Translations under genes and position numbers: made by a program
The notes under the pieces: model-generated
The model's input: the letters and a program-made list of their open reading frames with translations, nothing else
The model's database searches: none
Told to the model about the DNA's origin: nothing
In this document: in pieces, positions 25,401-36,700 of the stretch
Position numbering within the stretch: position 1 is the stretch's first letter
How the letters are laid out: every line of letters starts with the position of its first letter
Origin: Macrostomum hystrix
Lineage: Eukaryota > Animalia > Platyhelminthes
Assembly (NCBI GenBank): GCA_950097015.1
Contig: CATNEN010000038.1
Location: 23,870,001 to 23,934,000 of the forward strand
Length of the DNA stretch: 64,000 bases
Direction: 5' to 3'

Positions 25401-26289
25401 AAAGATCTTGGGATTCTAGATGGGATCTACAAAGATCTTTGGATTCTAGATGAGATATCCAAAGATCTCTTGGGATTCTAGATGGGATATCCAAAGATCT
25501 TGGGATTCTAGATGGGATCTACAAAGATCTTTGGATTCTAGATGAGATATCCAAAGATCTCTTGGGATTCTAGATGGGATATCCAAAGATCTCTTGGGAT
25601 TCTAGATGGGATATCCAAAGATCTCTTGGGATTCTAGATGGGATATCCAAAGATCTCTTGGGATTCTAGATTGGATATCAGAAGATCTTGGGATTCTAGA
25701 TGTGACATACAAAGATCTTTGGATTCTGGATATCCAAAGATCTTTGGATTCTAGATGGGATATCCAAAGATCTCTTGGGATTCTAGATGGACAAGCAAAG
25801 ATCTTGGGATTCTAGATGGGATATCCAAGGATCTTGGGATTCTAGATGTATATCGAAATAATTAAGTCTTAGGATTCTAGATGGGATGTCCAAGGATCTT
25901 GGGATTCTAGATGTATATCGAAATAATTAAGTCTTAGGATTCTAGATGGGATGTCCAAGGATCTTGGGATTCTAGATGTATATCGAAATAATTAAGTCTT
26001 AGGATTCTAGATGGGATGTCCAAGGATCTTGGGATTCTAGATGTATATCGAAATAATTAAGTCTTAGGATTCTAGATGGGATGTCCAAGGATCTTGGGAT
26101 TCTAGATGTATATCGAAATAATTAAGTCTTAGGATTCTAGATGGGATGTCCAAAAGGTCCTTAGGATAAGAGACTAGAGGCAATGATCATTTTTTTAGTG
26201 TATTTTAAGTAGCAAAATTTAATTAAGCAAAAGTAAGAAAACGAAAGAAAGGGAAATATCTTACCGAAAAGTAGAATTACAACGAGCAT
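16403..26289 (-). CDS. Nicotinic acetylcholine receptor alpha-type subunit (cation-selective). Exons: 26289-26265, 22509-22346, 20674-20630, 20558-20449, 19764-19584, 19306-18740, 17994-17740, 17319-17241, 16512-16403.
   Basis: Signal peptide [10 protein letters not shown], then [36 protein letters not shown], Cys-loop [20 protein letters not shown], vicinal cysteines YPCCPEPY, M2 [17 protein letters not shown] and M4 [11 protein letters not shown]. It has the typical 45-nt and 110-nt exons, and all junctions are GT-AG and phase-consistent. Confidence 0.95.
16597..17150. repeat. 16-bp minisatellite (GAGACACGGGAGAGAT)n
   Basis: Direct inspection. Confidence 0.95.
18045..18720. repeat. ~21-bp minisatellite (GTGTCTAACAGGTGAACATCC)n
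   Basis: Direct inspection. Confidence 0.93.
19365..20130. repeat. Two related 18-19-bp GT-rich arrays (19365-19550 and 19915-20130) flanking nAChR exon 5
   Basis: Units GGAGTGGGGTGGGTGTTT and GGAGTGAGGTGGGTGCTAA. Confidence 0.85.
20715..21020. repeat. 21-bp minisatellite (GGAATCTACAGTAATCTGACW)n
   Basis: Direct inspection. Confidence 0.93.
21468..21718 (+). mobile_element. SINE family B (tRNA head plus Meta/CORE-like central domain). Other pieces at ~51085-51175 (+), ~35635-35745 (-) and ~62490-62580 (-).
   Basis: B box GGTTCGATTCCC, then GTGTCCTTTACCAAGACACCTAACTCTGCATTGCTTCAGTTCACCCAGCTG, a shared CAGTCCATGGAC(TG) motif, and an (AAT)n tail. Confidence 0.65.
22875..23890. repeat. ~20-bp minisatellite (TTTGAGTCGTTAGAGA core) with higher-order variants
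   Basis: Direct inspection; a short inverted relative lies at ~31500-31560. Confidence 0.93.
24233..26150. repeat. 30/32-bp minisatellite (GGGATTCTAGATGGGATATCCAAAGATCT[CT]T)n, ending in a dimeric higher-order unit
   Basis: Direct inspection. Confidence 0.95.
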
Positions 26290-26889
26290 CCTACTTGTCT
26301 GTGATCCCATTTCAACGTAATTAAAACTTCGCTATAGAATCGCGCTAACTGTGCATTAAGCATAGTGTCATTTTGGCCTTCTTAATTCCCAACTTTCTAA
26401 TGAAGCGGATTCGTAAATATTAATATATGCACAAGCGTTGACTAAGCGACACTTTTTTCAAATGAACGGATACACTAAAACCAAATTTAAACGTCTCAAC
26501 ATTATGTAGACCCGAGGCGAGAAACGATTGGTCCTCTCAGAAACAGTTTTTTTCTCATTTTGGAAGATGCTCTCCGATTGGCCAACTGACCAGGAGTTTG
26601 ATGGAACTTTTGAAATCTTCTCAACCACTGTACGGCCGGTACATGATTCTTCTGATATAGAAATATAGAAAGTTAGTGCTAGGAAAATTGATCCACCAAA
26701 AACTTATTAGTAAAAAATCTTTAAAAAATACGATTACACAATCATACAATTGGAGAGAAGCGACCAAATAACAGCTAAAGCGAGAGAGGAAAGAAGAGCC
26801 GGGAGAATAGTAAAAGAGAGAAGAGGTGACAGGAGAGGAGAGTAGAAGTCAGAGGAGAGGAGAGGAAAGGTGAGAAGAGGAAAGAGAAG

Positions 26890-27300
26890 AGGAGAGGAGA
26901 GGTGAGAAGAGGTTGTAGGAGAGGAGAGGTGAGAAGAGGTGGTAGGACAGGAGAGGTGAGAAGAGGTGGTAGGACAGGAGAGGTGAGAAGAGGTGGTAGG
27001 ACATGAGAAGTGAGAAGAGGTGGTAGGACATGAGAAGTGAGAAGAGGTGGTAGGATAGGAGAGGTGAGAAGAGGTGGTAGGACATGAGAAGTGAGAAGAG
27101 GTGGTAGGACATGAGAAGTGAGAAGAGGTGGTAGGACATGAGAAGTGAGAAGAGGTGGTAGGACATGAGAAGTGAGAAGAGGTGGTAGGATAGGAGAGGT
27201 GAGAAGAGGTGGTAGGACATGAGAAGTGAGAAGAGGTGGTAGGATAGGAGAAGTGAGAAGAGGTGGTAGGATAGGAGAGGTGAGAAGAGATGGACAGGAG
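26890..27300. repeat. 27-bp minisatellite (GTGAGAAGAGGTGGTAGGACATGAGAA)n
   Basis: Direct inspection. Confidence 0.93.
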
Positions 27301-27589
27301 AGGTGGGAGGACAGGATCGAGGCGAGAATAGGTAAGAGGAGAGGAGAGAAGATATGGGTGGAGAGATTAGAGAGCGAAAAGGTAAGTAGCAGTGGCCGTG
27401 GCGACTGTGTCAATTTTTTCGCGTCAACCAAAAAATTCGCGTTTAGTCCCATCCCTAAGTTTAAAAAAAAATACGTTAAGACTTAAAACTCAATTTTGCT
27501 TCAAGGTTCTTCAACGAGGTTTCTCTAGTTACGGAATAGTTTGCTAAGGCAAATAAAAATATTTATTGCTTTTTTTAACTCATTAGTAA

Positions 27590-27830
27590 CCGCGTGCCCC
27601 GAACCAGACTGAAGACTCGCTCAACTTCAGCGTTTCCCGTGTGGAAGAACGAGTAGCGCCCTGACGAGTACGATTACCAGCCTTGGATAGTCTCCCAAAA
27701 CTCGATGACATTTGACGACTCCGGAATCTGTCTGGTGTAGACGCGCCTCAACTTCCAGGCTGCCAATCTCCGTGTCAGCGGAAGCGAATGACATTTCCGC
27801 CGCGAAGGTTGTAACCCACTTAACAAAGGA
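27590..27830 (-). pseudogene. hAT-like transposase C-terminal fragment
   Basis: DYPRLVIVLVRALLVLPHG, then a +1 frameshift, then NAEVERVFSLV, matching the hAT C-terminal P...S/N..ER.FS pattern. Confidence 0.6.
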
Positions 27831-28809
27831 CGAAAGCATTATAAGTAGCATTTTGTTTTTTCCCGTTCTCCATCGCACTTAGTTTTCGCGTTTGACGCGC
27901 ATTCGCGTCATGCCACAGCCACTGGTAAGTAGAGAAAGGTGAAAGAACAGTCGATAGAAAAGATCACATGAGAAATGAGGAATACTTCGCAAGAGGAGAA
28001 CTGCAGTACTATATTCAGTTTTTTCGTTCTCCATTCTTCTACAGCAAGCTGCCATACTCTTGTTTAGAAGAGTTCTATCTAAGCGAGTTATAAATTTAAA
28101 GCATTAATTCATTTTAATAATTACCCTCTGTCCTCGGAAGCCAATCAAGTGTCATTTATCACCGGTCTGCGGGAGGCTAGTCTCCCAGTTGACAAAGTGG
28201 GTTCTTGTTAAAATGGATGCAATTGCAAGCACTGAGCCGACGGATAATTTTCAGAACTCCATCCGATAACGTTAATACGTAGTATACTTATATATAATCC
28301 CAAATGGATTGGTTAAAGCATTAAGTGGAATACAAGTATAGCGTAAAAAATAAATTTTAACCAAGCCATCCTCATGTGTGCAAGTAAGGAAAAAAACTAA
28401 CTTTTTCTCCAATTCCTGTCAGGTCTGTTAGTGTTGGCATTTGGATTATCGATGGCTTGTGTTTTATTTTGCTGTACTTATTTTGAACGTTTCATTTTAC
28501 GATTAGACGACAGTTCCATAGTCTGTTAAAAGCAGGCTTATATAGTATGGGGATATTATTAGCAATGAGGATGACACTTAAAGAAACATATGAGATTAGT
28601 CAGTAACAAATGATTCTAATGCAGGAGCTACAAATGAAGAAAAAGAAGTCTCATTTCATTTTATCTGCCCGCAAAAAGCAAATAAAAAAATTCAAGGGAA
28701 ATTAATTAAATATTCTTTTAATTTTAAACTCATAGCAGTCAACACGAATCAAGTTGTGGTTTGACTAACGAGTTTAAATGTATTTAAAAACCTTTAACAA
28801 AATGATTCT

Positions 28810-30440
28810 TTGATTGGACTGTTTTAAAGAGGCCGCTATCAAAGACTCAATCAGCGACTTTCTGATTGGACTGTTTTAAAGAGACCGCTATCAAAGACTC
28901 AATCAGCGACTCTCTGATTGGACTGTTTTAAAGAGGCCGCTATCAAAGACCCAATCAGCGACTTTCTGATTGGACTGTTTTAAAGAGACCGCTATCAAAG
29001 ACTCAATCAACGACTCTCTGATTGGACTGTTTTAAAGAGGCCGCTATCAAAGACTCAATCAGCGACTCTCTGATTGGACTGTTTTAAAGAGGCCGCTATC
29101 AAAGACCCAATCAGCGACTCTGATTGGACTGTTTTAAAGAGACCGCTATCAAAGACTCAATCAGCGACTCTCTGATTGGACTGTTTTAAAGAGGCCGCTA
29201 TCAAAGACCCAATCAGCGACTCTCTGATTGGACTGTTTTAAAGAGGCCGCTATCAAAGACTCAATCAGCGACTCTCTGATTGGGCTATTTTAAAGAGGCC
29301 GCTATCAAAGACTCAATCAGCGACTCTCTGATTGGGCTATTTTAAAGAGGCCGCTATCAAAGACTCAATCATCAACTCTCTGATTGGACTGTTTTAAAGA
29401 GACTGCTATCAAAGACTCAATCAGCGACTCTCTGATTGGACTGTTTTAAAGAGACCGCTATCAAAGACTCAATCAACGACTCTCTGATTGGACTGTTTTA
29501 AAGAGGCCGCTATCAAAGACTCAATTAGCGACTCTCTGATTGGACTGTTTTAAAGAGGCCGCTATCAAAGACCCAATCAGCGACTCTGATTGGACTGTTT
29601 TAAAGAGACCGCTATCAAAGACTCAATCAGCGACTCTCTGATTGGACTGTTTTAAAGAGGCCGCTATCAAAGACCCAATCAGCGACTCTCTGATTGGACT
29701 GTTTTAAAGAGGCCGCTATCAAAGACTCAATCAGCGACTCTCTGATTGGGCTATTTTAAAGAGGCCGCTATCAAAGACTCAATCAGCGACTCTCTGATTG
29801 GGCTATTTTAAAGAGGCCGCTATCAAAGACTCAATCATCAACTCTCTGATTGGACTGTTTTAAAGAGACCGCTATCAAAGACTCAATCAGCGACTCTCTG
29901 ATTGGACTGTTTTAAAGAGACCGCTATCAAAGACTCAATCAGCGACTCTCTGATTGGACTGTTTTAAAGAGACCGCTATCAAAGACTCAATCAGCGACTC
30001 TCTGATTGGACTGTTTTAAAGAGGCCGCTATCAAAGACTCAATCAGCGACTCTCTGATTGGACTGTTTTAAAGAGGCCGCTATCAAAGACTCAATCAGCG
30101 ACTCTCTGATTGGACTGTTTTAAAGAGGCCGCTATCAAAGACTCAATCAGCGACTCTCTGATTGGACTGTTTTAAAGAGACCGCTATCAAAGACTCAATC
30201 AGCGACTCTCTGATTGGACTGTTTTAAAGAGGCCGCTATCAAAGACTCAATCAGCGACTCTCTGATTTGACTGTTTTAAAGAGACCGCTATCAAAGACTC
30301 AATCAGCGACTCTCTGATTGGACTGTTTTAAAGAGGCCGCTATCAAGGACTCAATCAGCGATGCCCTGATTGGACAGCTTCAAAAGGCCGCGATCCTCAA
30401 TCAGCGACTCTCTGATTGGACTGTTTTAAAGAGGCCGTTT
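28810..30440. repeat. 52-bp satellite, ~31 copies (CTCTGATTGGACTGTTTTAAAGAGRCCGCTATCAAAGACTCAATCAGCGACT)
   Basis: Direct inspection. Confidence 0.97.
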
Positions 30441-30609
30441 TTCTTAATCATGGATTCTCTCATCTGACAGACTGCTTTGAACTGTTTGAAGGCCGCTTTT
30501 AAAGACTAAGTTAACGATTCTGAAGATGTAATTTGCGCAGTCTATTAAGCATCCAGAAACCAATAGTTAGCAGTTCAGTAAATGCCTTAATTACCGTTGA
30601 TAATTTAAG

Positions 30610-31702
30610 CTAATTTCGACTGTCTTCATAAAAATCTTCAGCAATGTCGGAATCGCTGTCACTGTCACTACCATCCAAATGATCTGCTTCCTCATCATCA
30701 TAGTCGGCGTCATCTGCGTAGATACTCCGACACTGAGCGGCAACGGCGGCCTCTGTGGCAGCAGCATAGGCCCGGTATTCGGCCATAGAGATACCGGTCC
30801 TATTTAGAAACTGGAGCAGATTTTCCGAGAAACAATCACAGCCAGCCACACTGCGAGCATTGAACTGGCGCTTCGGTTGGCGCGATAGTCGGCCAGTTTT
30901 AATCATAATCTCTCGCCTAGCAACCACTTCGGCATAGTCTAGCAGCCAAACAGCCGGCATGAAAGCTAGAACTTCGACAGAGAAGCCGCACTTTTTTACT
31001 AAATAGTTGGCAATGATATTTAGCTCAACCAAGTCGCGTGTTAGATAATCCGGTTCAGATTCCAACAGTTTCACGCAATCCGATCGACTATGAAACTGTG
31101 TATAAAACTGCAACCTCCGCTGCAACTGGTCCAATTGGTCTGCATCTCGGCTCAGTCTGCGACAGACAGACGGCCCGACTCTACTCAAAAAATATATCGG
31201 CTTGGCAATGCCTAACTGTAATAGCTGCATAGCAGCCTCTTGAAGATTGTCGATCGACTGTTCGTCTGTTACACCGAGTACGGCTGCTTGCGACGGTCCA
31301 AAGACAACATTGCGAATGTCGATACTGCTGTTAGCTTTGATTCTGTTGCTTTTCTTGCTTGATCTAGGAGCAGCACGTACAGTTGTGAGCGGGGCGCCTA
31401 GGAGAATGTGTGTGGGGTTCTATGGTACATTAATTGCACAAAACTGAGATTAAATCAGAACCGTAAAAATTGGCGTTTTAAAATCTATTCACAGGCATTT
31501 AAAAGACTCAAACGCTTCTCTAACGACTGAAAGGCCTCTTTAACGACTCAAACGCTTTTCAAATAGTCAAAAACAAGAATGACAACATACCAGAATGCGC
31601 GATGAAACTACTATTAGCGGCCCGCAATAAGCTGCTAGCAGTACATGCCGGTATCAGCGACTTAAAGATTCGCCCAAGTGGACGAAAATGATTACAGACA
31701 AA
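30610..31702 (-). CDS. MTERF-family protein, MTERF4-like. Exons 31702-31591 and ~31396-30610; no genomic ATG at the 5' end.
   Basis: N-terminus is R/S/L-rich and acid-free (FVCNHFRPLGRIFKSLIPACTASSLLRAANSS). It carries mTERF-like helical repeats (KLLESEPDYL, YLVKKCGF, ARREIMIKTG, FLNRTGISMAEY) and an acidic D/E/S tail as in MTERF4. Family call is by recognition only. Confidence 0.6.
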
Positions 31703-31882
31703 CTGGAATATAAATTAAATAGGTTTTCAATAAACTTTCTAACTAACCAGTCACAATTTTTACCACCTGCGTCTCGACCTTAAACTATGTTATAGATCTA
31801 TAACATAGTTTAAGGTAGAAAACAACATACATAAATCATACGATGTACATCTTATAAATCGTTAGATCTATAATTATTTTAA

Positions 31883-32390
31883 CGAGCGAACAGGGATTTT
31901 GACAGATTGTTATTTTGGAGCAATCAGGGATTTTAGGATATTGTAATTGTAGAGCGAACAGGGATTTTGACAGATTGTTATTGTAGAGCGAACAGGGATT
32001 TTGACAGATTGTTATTGTAGAGCGAACAGGGATTTTGACAGATTGTAATTGTAGAGCGAACAGGTATTTTGACAGATTGTTATTGTAGAGCGAACAGGGA
32101 TTTTGACAGATTGTTATTGTAGAGCGAACAGGGATTTTGACAGATTGTAATTGTAGAGCGAACAGGTATTTTGACAGATTGTTATTGTAGAGCGAACAGG
32201 TATTTTGACAGATTGTTATTGTAGAGCGAACAGGTATTTTGACAGATTGTTATTGTAGAGCGAACAGGTATTTTGACAGATTGTTATTGTAGAGCGAACA
32301 GGGACTTTGATACGAGTATTGTAGAGCGAACAGGGATTTTGATATTGTAGAGCGAACAGGGATTTTGATATTGTAGAGCGAACAGGGATT
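31883..32390. repeat. 34-bp minisatellite (GAGCGAACAGGGATTTTGACAGATTGTTATTGTA)n
   Basis: Direct inspection. Confidence 0.93.
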
Positions 32391-33027
32391 TTAGGAGATC
32401 GTCATAGACAATATTTATTTAGTTTTTTTCTGTATTTACTTTTAATGTTCACTAACCAATTTTTTAATTAGCAAGTTTATAATTGAGTAGATGCCAATGT
32501 TAAAGAAAACCTGAACTTATTTTTGTTACGGAAAGCATCATAATGTCATTGTATTTTTCATCTTTCAAGTAGTTTTATAATCAACAAGTCGAACGCAACA
32601 CAAACTCTATTGAACTAAAACTACGAGTATATAGGACTGACTAAATAATGTAAACAAAATGAAATGCTGATTATGTTCAGAGTTTTTTAATAAATGATAA
32701 CGCTTTTTTCAAACCAAAATAGCAGTCAAACAAACCTAAAACACACAAGACACAACTGCAAGAATGTTTACGTTTAACTAAAATGAGTAATATTATTATA
32801 AAAACTACTAAATTTAGAAGCAATTGACAAAAAATTAATAATGGCGTCTACAAGATATCTGTAGCTACTTTTGTACAGAAGTAGCAAACACATTTTATTG
32901 GTAGAGGTTGTCTAAGAAAATAAATAATAATGTTTTCCGATTTCACATAAAACTCCATGATCTGGTTTGGCCTAACACAGAACAGAGGTCGGCTAATTCA
33001 TAGTCTTTGCGGGGTCAAATTGAATAA

Positions 33028-33600
33028 CGAGATGAGACACGGGAGAGATGAGACAGGGGAGAGATGATACAGGGGAGAGATGAGACGGGGGAGAGATGAG
33101 ACACGGGAGAGATGAGCCAGGGGAGAGATGAGACACGGGAGAGATGAGCCAGGGGAGAGATGAGCCAGGGGAGAGATGAGACACGGGAGAGATGATACAG
33201 GGGAGAGATGAGACGGGGGAGAGATGAGACACGGGAGAGATGAGCCAGGGGAGAGATGAGCCAGGGGAGAGATGAGACACGGGAGAGATAAGACAGGGGA
33301 GAGATGAGACACGGGAGAGATAAGACAGGGGAGAGATGATACAGAGAAGAGATGAGACAGGCGAGAGATGAGACACGGGAGAGATGAGCCAGGGGAGAGA
33401 TGAGACAGGGGAGAGATGAGACAGGGGAGAGATGAGACACGCGAGAGATAAGACAGGGGAGAGATGAGACAGGGAAGAGATGAGACAAGGGAGAGATGAG
33501 CCAGGGGAGAGATGAGACAGGGGAGAGATGAGAAAGGGGAGAGATGAGACACGCGAGAGATAAGACAGGGGAGAGATGAGACACGGGAGAGTTGAGACGG
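33028..33600. repeat. 16-bp minisatellite (GAGACACGGGAGAGAT variants)
   Basis: Direct inspection. Confidence 0.93.
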
Positions 33601-33753
33601 ATGGATAACACAGGGGTGAGGTGAGACGGGGAATAGGTGAGACATGGGAGATAAAAAGTGAAGAGCATGTGCTGAAATGGGCCACCCGAGACAAGGTTAG
33701 TGAACTTTATACATCATAATCCGTCCATACTGCCCCTGGTTTAGCGTCGGGAC

Positions 33754-36700
33754 TTAAGATTGCTCCAGCGATTTGAGTAGATCAGCCAGTTGAGCAGAAC
33801 TAGTTGGAAACTCGCAGAGAGCCAAACCGTGACGAAGCTTCAACTCAGCAGTAGGGTTTGAGCCTGATTGAAGAGCGCGAACTCGCGACTGCAACTGGGC
33901 AGAGTTGGTCTGCGAAAAATTTCAGGTGAGAATATGTTTAAATGGCAATCAATAGTCCCTGTTTTTCAGTATTATTAATAATCATATATTTGCTTTTAAT
34001 GAATAACTTGAAACCCACAATAGTATCGGCTCATTTGAGTAATATCCTACGAATGATGATTTGAGTATATCCTATTCATGATTTGAGTAATATTTTACTC
34101 TTGATTTGAGTAATATCCTACTCATGATTCGAGCAATATCCTACTCATGATTTGAGTATTATCCTACTCGTGATTTGAGTAGTTCGTATTACCCTATTGA
34201 TGATTTCAGTGATGTGATACTTATGATTTGTGTAATATTTTTGCTCACGATAAAATCCAGCTCACCTCATTGGTAATGACCATTGTTCTATCGCCCAGAT
34301 TCATAGCGAGAAACTGGCACTGCTCACTAAACAGCTGATCAGAAGCAGTACCAATCGATTTTAGTAGCTGAAAAATGAGAAACAATATTGAGTGTGCATT
34401 TATAATCTTATTATGTGATAGGGCGGGAGTCATTAATATATAGAGCTGCCCAAAGGCAGTGTACAACTGTTCAGTCTGCGGACTGGCGACGACAATAATT
34501 ATAAAATTTGGTGAAACTAGACCCGCAGCCAGCGATGAGGTGATTGAGCCCACTTAGCTGACTCCTGAGCACACACGCACACGCTCACACAGGTGTGTAC
34601 ATCTGCCCTGACTTTCTTATCGTCAAGGTTGGCTCTCAAAGCCTTCTCTATGCGGCTGCATCCCAAATGAATGTGGCCTCGCCGCGGTACCTTGGTGCGA
34701 GAGATATACGCGTTAACCGCTATACCCTCCTTGGGGAAGCACTATATAAAAAACCGCTTACCGCTCGTTTAGAACCAATTTTCATTGGATCAGCCGACTC
34801 AACTGTGTAGCGCACGACTCTACTAGTAGTAGAAGATGAGACAGAGCTAAGCCGCAGCAGGATGCCAGCTAGAATCTGCCTAGCAACAGCGCTGTGCTCA
34901 TCGCTTCGACTAGCAATGTCATTGTCTAGAGCTCGCTCAATAGCCGCCCGATGCAGCCTACTGAGCGGCTGCGGACCCCCAAGCCGGCGACGAATCTCGG
35001 CTGCGCTAATCGTTGACGAAGTTGACGCAGCTAGGAGATCGTCGCTACGATGCCGGATTTCAACAGCCTGCGGGCCGGCTATAGCGCGCAGTTCCCGCTG
35101 GCCCCGACCATTGGACACGGAGGAGACGATGACAATGTCCAATAGGTCGCCAGTGCGAGCTAGATGTGTGCCACAGCAGAGCTCGCCCTGGTGGCATTCA
35201 GCATTGCTGGCGTCTGACAGAAAACTGACAACACGCACCTGCCAAGAATTGCAGGTAAATATCCTATTATTAGATCTAGAAATCCATAATAATATCTACA
35301 AATCCTATAAAAAGATATACAAATCCTAAATTAGATCTAGAAGCCCACCGGGGGTCAGTGACAGAGCGGTTAACAAGTTTGCCTCTCGTGTCAAGGTCCC
35401 TGAGCTCGATTCCACGGCGAGGCCACATTCATATGGGGCGTCTTCTCCATATAGCCCAGTGAGGGTGTACACTGCCTGACGATGAGAAAGTCAGGGCAAA
35501 TGGGCAGAATTGCCACCTCGCCGGTTGAGGGTCTAGTGTCACCAAATGATGCGCCATTGCCCTCAGCCCTCCTGCAATTACTATTATTATAGTCATAGAA
35601 GCCCCACAATTAGATCTACAAATCTGTAGATCCGCAGATCTGTGTACAGCTGCTCAGTCCATGGACTGATGGAGCTGGAGCCCATTCAACAGCTAGGTGA
35701 ATTAAAGCAATGCAGAGTGAAGTGTTTTGCTAAAGGACACAAAATGACCCATAGGCTACAACTCCTTGGATCTACATAACCTACAATATCGCCAACTCAA
35801 GCAAAAAAGGTCTCACCTTATCAGCATAATCAGTATTCGGCAGTCGCCTAATCCCAGGCAAACTATCAGCCTTTTCTAGAGACATCCATTTGATTCCCAC
35901 AGGCAAATCCTCCTTAATGAATCGATGACAGTCAGCTTCAATAGTTGCTAGGTCGGCCTCTGACAAGTCTTTGTCGTTAATAGAGAAGCTTAGAGTTAAT
36001 TCGTCTGGTCGCACGCAGCTACTCCGTTGCACAGCGTCAGGCCGAAGTTTTACAATAGCTGCCGACAATGCGTGCGTGGCCGTATGGTGCCGCATTAGGC
36101 CCAGTCGCCTATCAGCATTCAGCGACAGCGTGACTTCCGAGCCTAGCTTAGCTGACCAGCCAATCTCCGACGATTGCTGCTGATGCTGATGCTGTTTAAT
36201 TGGTTCAGAACCCGAGCTGGTCTGATTGGCTGTCGGAAAGCTGACTCGATGGAAAACTCGACCCGCGACCTCGATGGCCTCAGCTATGTCCAGTGCGGGC
36301 TGACCTGCCTGAATAGATTAGTGTGATCTAGGGTGCATTGTGGGCTTTTAACCATAGATAGTTTGATGCAATCTGTCATGACGACGATTTGGAAAATATA
36401 GGCAGTTATACACATATGAATCTCACCCTAAGAGAATACGAGACTTCAGGGAATCTCACTCTAAGAGAATACTAGACTTCGGGGAATCTCACCTTAAGAG
36501 AATACGAGACTTCGGGGAATCTCACCCTAAGAGAATACGAGACTTCGGGGAATCTCACCCTAAGAGAATACGAGACTTCAGGGAATCTCACTCTAAAAGA
36601 AGATGAGACTTCGTAGGATCTCACTCTAGGAAAATTCTTAACTTCAGGCTATATCAGTTGCTAATGTTAAACTAAAAAAACCAAGGATTTACCACACTGA

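Noticed and set aside
28810-30440. CRISPR-like appearance of the 52-bp array and other arrays
   Set aside because: Units are head-to-tail with no unique spacers, there are no cas genes, and the context is eukaryotic.
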